Part shown: in pieces, positions 36,867 to 45,532 of the stretch
How the letters are laid out: each line of letters begins with the position of its first letter
Position numbering within the stretch: the first letter of the stretch is position 1
Source of the DNA: Thermoplasmata archaeon
GTDB taxonomy: Archaea; Thermoplasmatota; E2; JACPAO01; JAHFTW01
Direction: 5' to 3'
NCBI GenBank assembly: GCA_034667725.1
Contig: JAXDQS010000010.1
Coordinates: 1-64,000 of the forward strand
DNA length: 64,000 nucleotides
Program-made: the position numbers and the translations under genes
Notes under the pieces: model-generated
What the model was told of the DNA's origin: nothing
The model's database searches: none
The model's input: the letters and a program-made list of their open reading frames with translations, nothing else

Positions 36867-36905
36867 TGGGACCTCTCGACGTCGGTTCGAATCCGACAAG
36901 GCCCA
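36867..36905 (+). pseudogene. 3' half of host tRNA-Pro(UGG) (attR)
   Basis: TGG GA CCTCT CGAC GTCGG TTCGAAT CCGAC AAGGCCC A; AAGGCCC pairs with GGGCCTT of the 5' half. Confidence 0.9.
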
Positions 36906-37068
36906 TCGAAGCTGGGCGCGGCGCCCCTCGCAGCCCGCCTGCCCAAAAACGGGGCCGGCCTCCTGAAAACCCGGCCGCGTCACGGCCACTAGCCTTGACC
37001 CCGCTGCTTCCGGTGCAACGGGGCTTCCGCTGGCAACCCTTTTGCGGCGACCCCGGGATGCGGCCGTC

Positions 37069-37326
37069 ATGCGCACCGCCCTGCTCCTTGGCGCCGCAAG
37101 CCTGCTCGCGTTCGCCGTCCTGGCCCCTGCGGCCTCGGCGACCTGCACCGTTCCTCCGGGCCCGCCCATCGGCGTCGGCTGCTCGCTCCTGCCCATCCCT
37201 GCGGGCGACGTCACCGACGTCCTCGAGCACGTCATCGGCTGGGCGTCCTGCAACGCCATCGTCACGGTCCAGAACGCGGACCGGGTCGCCACCTACTACG
37301 GCACCTGGGCCATCAGCTGCATCTAG
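37069..37326 (+). CDS. Small secreted Cys-containing protein
   Basis: Signal peptide MRTALLLGAASLLAFAVLAPAASA; four Cys. Confidence 0.55.
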   Translation: MRTALLLGAASLLAFAVLAPAASATCTVPPGPPIGVGCSLLPIPAGDVTDVLEHVIGWASCNAIVTVQNADRVATYYGTWAISCI

Positions 37327-37372
37327 GCCGGCAAGGATTCCACTTAAGAACACGGCGCGTGTCGTCGCGGCC

Positions 37373-39292
37373 GTGGCGCATTTCACGGTCCGCGAGGCCG
37401 AGGAGCTCTACCAGGTTCCGGGCTGGGCCGACGGGTATTACCGCATCACGGGCACGGGCACGCTGGCCGTGCGCCCGCTCGGGCCGGACGGCCCCGAGGT
37501 CGACCTGCACGAGGTCGTCTCGACCTTGGCCGAGCAGGGCGTGGACACGCCGCTCACGATGCGCTTTCCCCAGATCCTGCAGCACCGCGTCGACCGCCTC
37601 AACAAGGCGTTCCTGAAGGCGCTCAAGGACAACGGCATCAAGGACGTCCAGTACCGCGGCGTGTTCCCGATCAAGGTCAACCAACGCAAGGAGGTCGTGC
37701 AGACGCTCACGAAGTCCGGCCGCAAGTGGAGCTACGGCCTCGAGGTCGGCTCCAAGGCGGAGCTGGTGGCGGCCCTCACGATGGACCAGAACCGCAAGTC
37801 GCTGCTGGTCGTCAACGGCTTCAAGGACCGCCCCTTTTTGGAGGCGGCCTGCGAGGCGACCTACTTCAAGGACGAGGTCATCATCGTGCTGGACGAGGTC
37901 GGCGAGCTCGACGTCCTGCTGCCCTTGATGGCCGAGCAGGAGCACAAGCCCATCCTCGGCATCCGCCTCAAGCTCCGGTCGAAGGCGCCAGGCAAGTGGG
38001 CGCTCTCCGGCGGCGAGCGCGCCAAGTTCGGCCTCACCATCCCCGAGGTGCTGTACGCCGTCGAGCGCATCACCGAGGCCGGCCTGCTGGACCGCCTGCA
38101 GATGCTGCACTTCCACATCGGCTCGCAGATCTCCGACATCCGCCGCATCACGCAGGGCGTCCGCGAGGCCGCGCGCATCCATGCCGAGCTGCACAAGATG
38201 GGCGTTCCCCTGAAGTACATCGACGTCGGCGGCGGCATGGCGGTGGACTACGACGGCTCCGGCTCCTCGGGCTCCAACTCCGCGAACTACACGATGGAGG
38301 AGTACGCCTCGTCGATCGTGGCGCAGCTCAAGGACGTGTGCGACGAGGCCGAGATTCCGGTCCCGCACATCATCAACGAGTCCGGCCGCAGCGTCGTGTC
38401 GCACCACGCCGTCCTGATCGTGGACGTCGTGCGCCGCGTCCCTTACCTCGACATGCAGGTGGACCCGGCCGGCGCCCGCGACGACGACCCGACCTCGCTG
38501 TGGAACCTGTACGCCACCTACGACAACCTGAGCGCCAAGAACGTCTTCGAGTCGTTCCATGACGCCATCCAGTACCGCGAGGACCTGCAGAGCCTGTTCG
38601 ACCTTGGCCACTTGGGCCTCACCTCGCTGGGCCGCGCCGAGACCGTGTTCCGCGGCATCCTGGGCAAGGTCCGCGACATCCTCAAGGACGAGGAGGAGAC
38701 CGAGGCGGAGGAGTACGAGCAGGCCAACTCGCTCGCCAGCCAGAAGCTGGTGTGCAACTTCTCGCTGTTCCAGAGCCTCCCCGACGTGTGGGGCGTCAAG
38801 CAGCAGTTCCCCATCCTGCCCATCCACCGGCTCCGGGAGCGCCCCGACGAGACCACGACGCTGGCCGACATCACGTGCGACTCCGACGGCGAGATTCGGC
38901 GCTTCATCGACCCCGAGGGCAGCAAGGCCAGCCTCACCACCCACAAGCTCCGCAAGGGCGAGCCCTACTACCTCGCGATGGCGCTCGTGGGCGCCTACCA
39001 AGACACCCTCGGCGACTACCACAACCTGTTCGGCGAGACCAACGAGGCGTGGATCGAGGTGGACCCCGAAGGCGAAGGCTGGACGCTCACCCGCATGGCC
39101 CCCGGCAGCAAGGTCAGCGACATGCTGCGCTGGGTCCGCTACAACCCCGCCGAGATGAAGGAGTCCCTCAAGGACCGCATCAAGCGCATGAAGGACAACG
39201 GCAAGATCGACGCCGCCACCGCCCGCGCCCTGGGCGAGCGCTTCGTGCGCCTCATCGACAGCTCGACCTACCTCGAGCCGACCCGGAACTGA
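37373..39292 (+). CDS. speA: Biosynthetic arginine decarboxylase (PLP, bacterial SpeA type)
   Basis: FPIKVNQ, GLEVGSKAEL, SGGERAKFGL, HFHIGSQI, ESGR, NFSLFQSLPD.WG, DITCDSDG, HNLFG. Confidence 0.93.
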   Translation: MAHFTVREAEELYQVPGWADGYYRITGTGTLAVRPLGPDGPEVDLHEVVSTLAEQGVDTPLTMRFPQILQHRVDRLNKAFLKALKDNGIKDVQYRGVFPIKVNQRKEVVQTLTKSGRKWSYGLEVGSKAELVAALTMDQNRKSLLVVNGFKDRPFLEAACEATYFKDEVIIVLDEVGELDVLLPLMAEQEHKPILGIRLKLRSKAPGKWALSGGERAKFGLTIPEVLYAVERITEAGLLDRLQMLHFHIGSQISDIRRITQGVREAARIHAELHKMGVPLKYIDVGGGMAVDYDGSGSSGSNSANYTMEEYASSIVAQLKDVCDEAEIPVPHIINESGRSVVSHHAVLIVDVVRRVPYLDMQVDPAGARDDDPTSLWNLYATYDNLSAKNVFESFHDAIQYREDLQSLFDLGHLGLTSLGRAETVFRGILGKVRDILKDEEETEAEEYEQANSLASQKLVCNFSLFQSLPDVWGVKQQFPILPIHRLRERPDETTTLADITCDSDGEIRRFIDPEGSKASLTTHKLRKGEPYYLAMALVGAYQDTLGDYHNLFGETNEAWIEVDPEGEGWTLTRMAPGSKVSDMLRWVRYNPAEMKESLKDRIKRMKDNGKIDAATARALGERFVRLIDSSTYLEPTRN

Positions 39293-39294
39293 CC

Positions 39295-39537
39295 ATGCAG
39301 CACGGCAACCCCTGGCGCGTCTTCGTGGCGGCCTTGGTCGCCGCGTTCGTGCTGTGTCTCCTGTTCATGGCGACGGCGCTCTATTGGCGGCTGCACGACG
39401 GCGCCGTCACCGAGGCGCAGTTCAGCACCCTCTTGGCCCTGCTGCGGAACCTGACGTACCCGTTGGCGTTCGTGGCGCTGGGGGCCTTGCTGGTGCATTA
39501 CGTCAAGCTGGAGCGCGGGGACTACGCCCGGCGCTGA
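39295..39537 (+). CDS. Small two-TM membrane protein
   Basis: Two hydrophobic helices directly after speA. Confidence 0.6.
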   Translation: MQHGNPWRVFVAALVAAFVLCLLFMATALYWRLHDGAVTEAQFSTLLALLRNLTYPLAFVALGALLVHYVKLERGDYARR

Positions 39538-39581
39538 GCGGTTTCCCAAAACTCATCCACCCCCCGCCGCTCGTTCCTCCC

Positions 39582-40403
39582 ATGGACGTGCCCGGCCTGC
39601 CCGCCCGCCTGCGCTTCACGCTGCGCCGCGAGCTTGCGAGCCTGGAGGCGCAGCTGGAGGAGGGCGAGCGGGTCCGCGCCGCCACCGACGGCGCCCTCGA
39701 CGGCACCAACGGGCTGCTGGCGGCCACGTCGCAGCGCCTGCTGTGGGTCCCGTCGCGCGGCAAGGTGCTGGCGTGGGACTACGGCGAGGTCGACGGGCTC
39801 GGCGTCGAGGTCGGCCGCGACGACGCCACCGTGACGGTGCGCGCCGGGGTCGAGGAGACCCTCACCGGCTGCGACCGCGACGCGGCGCGCGCGGTGGCCA
39901 AGGCGGTCGAAGAAGGGGCGCCGCGCCGCAGCTTCCGCTGGGTGCAGCTGGTCGACGACCCGAAGGACGCGACCCCGCAGGCGACCCCCGCGTTCCGGCG
40001 CCGCATGGAGACGCTCGAGCGGCAACTGGAGAAGGGCGCCTTGACCGACGCGGAGTTCCGCGCCAACCGCCGCCGCCTGCTGGAGGAGTCTGGGCTTCCC
40101 ACAGACCTTGAGCTTGGGATGCCAACCAAGGGGCCGGTGCTGCCGCTGGAGCCGAGGCAGGCGCCGCCGGCGTGGCCCGACCGCTCCAAGCGCCCCGCCA
40201 AGCCGATGCTGGGCGAGCCGGACTGGCCGGAGGCGAAGCTCCAGGAGCCGGCCCCGAAGGCGCCCAAGGAGTGGACCGGCGAGCAGCGCGCCGCCGGGCG
40301 CAAGGCCGCCGACGGCAAAAGCGAGGCGCCCGCGTGGCGGGACGAGCCGAAGCGGGGCAAGCCGCCCACGAAGTTCAGCGACTGGCCCGAACACCGCTAC
40401 TAG
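39582..40403 (+). CDS. Bacterial PH-like domain plus SHOCT domain protein
   Basis: GLLAATSQRLLW (PH-like); LEKGALTDAEF...RRRLL (SHOCT). Confidence 0.65.
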   Translation: MDVPGLPARLRFTLRRELASLEAQLEEGERVRAATDGALDGTNGLLAATSQRLLWVPSRGKVLAWDYGEVDGLGVEVGRDDATVTVRAGVEETLTGCDRDAARAVAKAVEEGAPRRSFRWVQLVDDPKDATPQATPAFRRRMETLERQLEKGALTDAEFRANRRRLLEESGLPTDLELGMPTKGPVLPLEPRQAPPAWPDRSKRPAKPMLGEPDWPEAKLQEPAPKAPKEWTGEQRAAGRKAADGKSEAPAWRDEPKRGKPPTKFSDWPEHRY

Positions 40404-40721
40404 TCGAACGGAATGGCGACCTGGGGCCAGGTGCTCCGTTGCTACGGAGCGGTGGTGGTCGGTGGTTGCATGAGGCCCGGCGGTGAGCCGGACGGCCCCA
40501 GGTCGCCCGCACCATGGGTGCGGAGGCTACGGCCTCAACGGGATGAACGACTTCGGGTGCATATACCTAACTTCCATGGACTTACGTAGTCTTAGGCGCA
40601 GACGGGCCGATTGGCCCGGTCCGACGCCCTCAAGCAGGATGCCGGACAAGGAGAGCGTCCTTCCGGAGTCCAAATAGGTGCGCCGCAAAGGTGAAGATGG
40701 CGGCAGGACCGAATAGAAGCC

Positions 40722-40994
40722 ATGTCCTGGCAAGAGACGCAGCGCAGCATGCCGCCGGTGCCCGCATCGGTGCAAATCATCCTGGGGAAGCTGCAAGGCC
40801 ACAAACCGATGACCGGCAAGGAGCTGCGGGAGGCCACGGGGCTGCCGCGCCGCACCATCTACACCGCCCTCCGGAAGCTGCGCGAGCTCGGGGTCCTGCG
40901 CGAACGGCAAAGCCTGCGCGACACCCGCCAGACCTACTTCTGGATCCCGGAAGGCGGCGGACAGAGCCAAGAGGGGCAGCCGCAGCACGCCTAG
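40722..40994 (+). CDS. Winged-helix transcription regulator
   Basis: MTGKEL...TGLPRRTIYTAL..L...G...SLRD.RQ..F. Confidence 0.8.
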   Translation: MSWQETQRSMPPVPASVQIILGKLQGHKPMTGKELREATGLPRRTIYTALRKLRELGVLRERQSLRDTRQTYFWIPEGGGQSQEGQPQHA

Positions 40995-41186
40995 GCGGCC
41001 AGCTATCTGTCGGGTCCGGGTCGGCGCTCACCAAAGTCCAATGTCGTCACGGCCGCGCTGCGGCGTCCGCCCGATGTGCCAGATCATCGCGCCGGCGAAG
41101 CTGAGGCGGCGGCGCGTTTGAAGATGTGCCCTGCAGGCGTCCAAGAAAGGGAGGAGGAAGGGAAAAGGAGGCGATCTGCCGGGACG

Positions 41187-42848
41187 TTACATGTCCATGT
41201 CGCCCATGCCGCCGGGGCCGCCAGGGCCGCCGGCCCCGCCGCCGCCCGAGAAGGCCTTGGCCGCGATGACGTCGTCGATGCGCAGGATCATGACGGCCGC
41301 CTCGGTGGCGGCCTTGATCTCCTGGGTGCCGACGCGGAGGGGCTCGATGACGTGGTTCTCGATCATGTCCTCGATCTTGCCGGTGAAGACGTTGATGCCC
41401 GCGGTCTTCTGGCCCTTCATGTGGGCGCGGCGCAGGTTCAGCAGGATGTCCAGCTCGTCCAGGCCCGCGTTCTCGGCCAGGGTGCGGGGCACGACCTCGA
41501 CGGCGTCCGCGAACGCCTCGATGGCCAGCTGCTCGCGGCCGCCGACGGTGGAGGCGTGCTCGCGCAGGCTCATGGCGATCTCGACGGCCGCGGCGCCGCC
41601 GCCGGGCGTCATCTTGCCGTCCTCGAGGGCGACCGCGACGACCGAGAGGGCGTCGTGCATGGCGCGCTCGGCCTCGTCGACGACGTGCTCGGTGCCGCCG
41701 CGCAGCAGGATGCTGACGGCGCGGGCGGAGGGGCAGTCGGTGACGAAGGTGAACTTGTCGTCGCCGATCTTGCGCTCCGAGACGTCGCCGGCGGCGCCGA
41801 GGGACTTGCCGGTCAGGTCGTCGAGGGTGTTGACGATCTGGGCGCCGGTGGCCTTGGCGAGCTTCTCCATGTCCGACTTCTTGGCGCGGCGGACGGCGTA
41901 GATGCCGGCCTTGGCGAGGTAGTGCTGGGCCAGGTCGTCGATGCCCTTCTGGGTGATGAGGACGGTGGCGCCGGACTTCTTGACCTTCTCCACCATGTCC
42001 TTCAGGGTCTTCTCCTCCTGGGCGAGGAAGGCGGACAGCTGGTCGGGGGCCGTGATCTCGATCTTGGCGTCGACCTCGGTCTTCTTGATCTCCAGGGCGG
42101 CGTTCACAAGGGCGATCTTGGCGTTCTTGACCGAGGTGGGCATGCTGGAGTGCACGCGCTCCTTGTCCAGGATGATGCCCTGGATGAGCTCGGTGTCCTC
42201 GAGCGAGCCGCCCTTGGCCTTCTGGACCAGGATGTTCTCGTCGATGTCCACGGTGGTCTTGCCGTTCTTGCCCTCGGCGGTCTCCGCGACCGAGGTGCAG
42301 GCGCGCACGACGATGTCCGAGATGAGGTCGGAGTTGTAGGAGATGTTCTTCGAGTTGAGGGAGGTGGCGGCGATGCGGCGCAGGGTCGCGACGTCGTTCT
42401 TCTTGATCGGTATGGCGATCGACTCGAGGACCCGGAGGGCCTCCTTGGCCGCGAGCTGGTAGCCGGCGGTGACGGTGGTGGGGTGGATGCCCTTCTCCAG
42501 GAGGTCGCCCGCGACCTTCAGCAGCTCGCCGGTCAGGATGACCGAGGTGGTGGTGCCGTCGCCGCACTCGGCGTCCTGGGTCTTGGCGACCTCGATGACC
42601 ATCTTGGCCGCGGGGTGGGCGACGTCGATCTCCTTCAGGATGGTGGCGCCGTCATTGGTGATGACGACGTCGCCCATCGAGTCGACCAGCATCTTGTCCA
42701 TGCCGCGGGGGCCGAGGGTGGACTTGACCGTCTCCGCGATGAGGCGGGCGGCGTAGATGTTGTTGGATTGGGCGGTCCGGCCGCGGGTGCGCTCGGTGCC
42801 CTCCTTGAGGATGTAGATCGGTTGGCCGGTGGCTGCTCCATTCGTCAT
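41187..42848 (-). CDS. ths: Thermosome (group II chaperonin) subunit
   Basis: STLGPRGMDKMLV, ITNDGATIL, GDGTTT, ILRIDDVI, Gly/Met tail. Confidence 0.97.
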   Translation of the reverse strand: MTNGAATGQPIYILKEGTERTRGRTAQSNNIYAARLIAETVKSTLGPRGMDKMLVDSMGDVVITNDGATILKEIDVAHPAAKMVIEVAKTQDAECGDGTTTSVILTGELLKVAGDLLEKGIHPTTVTAGYQLAAKEALRVLESIAIPIKKNDVATLRRIAATSLNSKNISYNSDLISDIVVRACTSVAETAEGKNGKTTVDIDENILVQKAKGGSLEDTELIQGIILDKERVHSSMPTSVKNAKIALVNAALEIKKTEVDAKIEITAPDQLSAFLAQEEKTLKDMVEKVKKSGATVLITQKGIDDLAQHYLAKAGIYAVRRAKKSDMEKLAKATGAQIVNTLDDLTGKSLGAAGDVSERKIGDDKFTFVTDCPSARAVSILLRGGTEHVVDEAERAMHDALSVVAVALEDGKMTPGGGAAAVEIAMSLREHASTVGGREQLAIEAFADAVEVVPRTLAENAGLDELDILLNLRRAHMKGQKTAGINVFTGKIEDMIENHVIEPLRVGTQEIKAATEAAVMILRIDDVIAAKAFSGGGGAGGPGGPGGMGDMDM

Positions 42849-42925
42849 GGTGGTTCACCTGAAAATGGCCCCCTTGGCGCGGGCAGGCCCGCTCCAGGTG
42901 GCGCTGATTTCCTGCATGAGCGCTT

Positions 42926-42940
42926 CTATTTAAAGCCTTT
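42926..42940 (-). promoter_or_regulatory. Candidate BRE/TATA of the thermosome gene
   Basis: Minus strand reads AAAGGC TTTAAATA about 80 bp upstream of the ATG. Confidence 0.6.
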
Positions 42941-43302
42941 GCTCCCCGGCAAGCTTGGCGACAGGGAAGCGACAGGAGGGCAAAGGGCCAGCCCGGACGG
43001 AACCCGGCGAGGCATACGAAGCGGATTGGTCGGTCGATGCTCCAACGCATGCCATCGGGGGGTTGGTCGTCGATGCCTGGGTCCGTCCGGGCTGGCCGCG
43101 TGTCGAGTGGACCTGGGTGTTTACAAGCTCATTGGTCCAAGAATCCGACTGTCGAGCCATCGGCGATCGGGAAACGGAAGCGGAGGGTCGCCGGGCGCCC
43201 ACCCTGGCAAAAGCGGCGATCGCACCCCTTGGCCGCCGGTGCAGGATGGCTTCGCCCATTGTCCGAGCAGGCCCAAATAGGACCGGGCGCCGAGTCCCGG
43301 TC

Positions 43303-43833
43303 GTGTCCCGCATCGCGTGGGCGGCCCTCGCCCTGCTTCTCGCTCCCGCCCTCTCGGGCTGTTCCAGCGCCGAGTCCGGCACCTGGTTCGGCCTGCACGT
43401 GGCCGACGGCCCCGGCGCCATCGACCAGTTCCGCCGCCTGACCGTCGAAGTGTCCAAGGTGACCTTGTACCGCGAAGGGGGCGGCACCGTGGAGGTGGTC
43501 CCGCAGGCGCAGAGCTTCGACCTGGCCAAGCTCCAGGACGGCAACGTCTCCAGCGTGTTCTCCGGCCGCGTCGACCCCGGCCAGTACAAGCGCATCGAGC
43601 TCACCGTCGTCAAGGCCACCGGCGTCCTGCAGGCCGACGACCGCCTCGTGAGCCTCCAGGTGCCCGGCGGCAAGCTGGTGCTCGACCTCGACCTCGACAT
43701 CGCCACCCGGGAGATCAACTACCTCTTCGACATCCAAGTGGACCAGGAAGGCGGCGCCTACGTCCTCAAGGCCAGCCCCGAGGGCAGCAAGGTCATCTCG
43801 AAGCCCACCAACGGCCGCTCGCGCGACGCCTGA
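43303..43833 (+). CDS. Lipoprotein, DUF4382-like
   Basis: LSGC lipobox; V.D.P..I..F, FDL..L, GQY..I.L, VP..KL. Confidence 0.7.
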   Translation: MSRIAWAALALLLAPALSGCSSAESGTWFGLHVADGPGAIDQFRRLTVEVSKVTLYREGGGTVEVVPQAQSFDLAKLQDGNVSSVFSGRVDPGQYKRIELTVVKATGVLQADDRLVSLQVPGGKLVLDLDLDIATREINYLFDIQVDQEGGAYVLKASPEGSKVISKPTNGRSRDA

Positions 43834-43835
43834 GC

Positions 43836-44570
43836 CTACGGCTCGGCGGACGCGGCGGCTTCCTCGGCCTTCTCCCGCCGCCGCTCCCGCATCCCTTCCA
43901 CGATGGTGGTCCCGATCGCGATGGCGGCCACCGTGAGCGCCACCGTGAGCGGCAGCCAGCCGGGCACCAGGCCGACGAACTCCTCCAGTTGCACGAACAG
44001 CACGGTCCACGCCGCCGTGGTGACGGTGACGGCCGCCAGCATCGCGACCATGGTGGGCAGGGGACGCAGCCCGGCCAGGTGGGCCAGCACCATGGCCACG
44101 AGGGGGCCGTTGAAGCCGAACGGCACCAGCATGAACAGGAACAGGCCGACGCCGCCGTAGCGGTCGATGAGCTTGCGCTTCTTCTCGGCGCGGCGCCGGG
44201 TCGAGCGCACCATTCCGCCGACGATGCCCTTGTTGCGGTGGGCGCCGTCCATCGCGGCGTCCACGAACGGGAACAGCACGAACGTCATCGCGACGTCGGT
44301 CCACAAGAGCGCGACGCCGATGGTGACGGGCTCGCCGCCGTAGAGGGTGACGCCGAGCGGGATGCCGGCCTCCTTGCCGGCGACGAAGAAGGTGCCGATG
44401 GCGAACAGCACGGCGCGCGCCTCGCCTTGGTCGAGCGCCCACAGCAGGCCGTAGGCGCCGATGCCGGCGGCCAGCATCCCGAGGCCCACGTATAGTAGCG
44501 GCGAGTGCCAGGGCCGGCGCTCGGTGGCAAGCTGCGTGACCGTGGTCGGCGGGGCGGGCTCCAACGTCAT
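43836..44570 (-). CDS. Small multidrug-export family membrane protein
   Basis: GKEAGIPLG, RYG.VGLFLF...PF..NGP.V. Confidence 0.7.
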   Translation of the reverse strand: MTLEPAPPTTVTQLATERRPWHSPLLYVGLGMLAAGIGAYGLLWALDQGEARAVLFAIGTFFVAGKEAGIPLGVTLYGGEPVTIGVALLWTDVAMTFVLFPFVDAAMDGAHRNKGIVGGMVRSTRRRAEKKRKLIDRYGGVGLFLFMLVPFGFNGPLVAMVLAHLAGLRPLPTMVAMLAAVTVTTAAWTVLFVQLEEFVGLVPGWLPLTVALTVAAIAIGTTIVEGMRERRREKAEEAAASAEP

Positions 44571-45469
44571 CCCTCCTTGCGGGGCCGGCCGCGGCCGCGG
44601 GCCTTGGCGCCAAGGCGCAAGAGGGCGCGGGCGGCCTTGGGGCCGACGAGGCGCTGCACCATGGCGGGGTCGAAGCGGCCGTCGCGCCACAGGGTGTCGA
44701 ACTTGCCCACCAGGTCCTCGGCGAAGGCGCGGTCGTCGAGGTGGACCACGGCGAAGTAGCTGCGCGGGTCGAGCGGGTTGCGGACCCCCAGCACGACGCG
44801 CTCCTGGTCGAGCACGGAGAACGGGTTGCTGTCGTTGGGGGACAGGCGGACCTGGAGGGTGTCGCCGAGGTGGGGCAGCAGCGCGTCCAGCACCTGGGGG
44901 ACGTAGGGCGTCGACAGCAGGTAGTCGACGTCGCGCTCGCGCAGCAGCAAGCGGGTTCGGACGCCGCGGGCGACGGCCTCGCGGAACGCCTCGAAGATGG
45001 CGAGGTCCTCGTCGGCGATCTTCTCGAACGACAGGTAGGCGTCGATGCTGCGGCGGGCGCCGTGGGTCGCCTCGACCAAAAAGTCGCGGGCGGCGTCCTC
45101 GCCCAGCCGCACCCCATAAACGGTCGAGGCGGGGGCGGCGCGGGGCTGGAGCCGGGCCATCTGGGCCTCCAGGGCCGCGGCCTGCTGGGCCATCCCGCGC
45201 TCGTCGTCCTGGAGGCGGCGCTTGCCGGCGGCCAGGAGGCGCTGGGGGACGCTGTGCGCGGGCGCGGCCGTGAACACGCGGGGGCGGCCCGCCTGCCCGG
45301 TGGCCAGGCCGCGCTCGACCAGGGCGTGCAGCGTGTCGTACACCCGGCCGAACGGGATCCCGGTCTCGCGGCTCAGGTCGGGCGCCGTGCGCGGCCCCAT
45401 CCGAAGCAGGTGCGCCAGCGCCTTGGCCTCGTAGGTGGACAACCCCAGCCCTTCCAGCAGCTCCAGCAT
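44567..45469 (-). CDS. TrmB family transcriptional regulator
   Basis: LGLS.YEAKA...L, LS..TGIP..RVYDTL..L..RGL, RP..F. Confidence 0.88.
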   Translation of the reverse strand: MLELLEGLGLSTYEAKALAHLLRMGPRTAPDLSRETGIPFGRVYDTLHALVERGLATGQAGRPRVFTAAPAHSVPQRLLAAGKRRLQDDERGMAQQAAALEAQMARLQPRAAPASTVYGVRLGEDAARDFLVEATHGARRSIDAYLSFEKIADEDLAIFEAFREAVARGVRTRLLLRERDVDYLLSTPYVPQVLDALLPHLGDTLQVRLSPNDSNPFSVLDQERVVLGVRNPLDPRSYFAVVHLDDRAFAEDLVGKFDTLWRDGRFDPAMVQRLVGPKAARALLRLGAKARGRGRPRKEG

Positions 45470-45532
45470 CGCAACCCCGGGCAAGTTGTGGAAGACGGCA
45501 TCGTTCATCAAGCCCGCCTTTGTCGCGCACCC

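Larger units (their letters stand above)
26960..36874. mobile_element. ~9.9 kb tyrosine-integrase element inserted in the tRNA-Pro anticodon arm
   Basis: TGGGACCT direct repeat at 26960-26967 and 36867-36874; excision restores a 73-nt cloverleaf; integrase starts 44 bp inside the left end. Confidence 0.92.

Noticed and set aside
26960-36874. Calling the element a provirus
   Set aside because: No recognisable capsid, packaging ATPase, terminase or fusion protein motifs.
26953-36876. Functional trans-splicing of the two tRNA halves through a strict BHB
   Set aside because: Manual testing of splice positions 33/34 to 41/42 gave no 4-bp central helix consistent with the mature sequence. Kept only as an evolutionary analogy.
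36820-36905. attR forming a hybrid functional tRNA
   Set aside because: No GGGCCTT acceptor strand or D arm upstream, and the anticodon stem would be mismatched.
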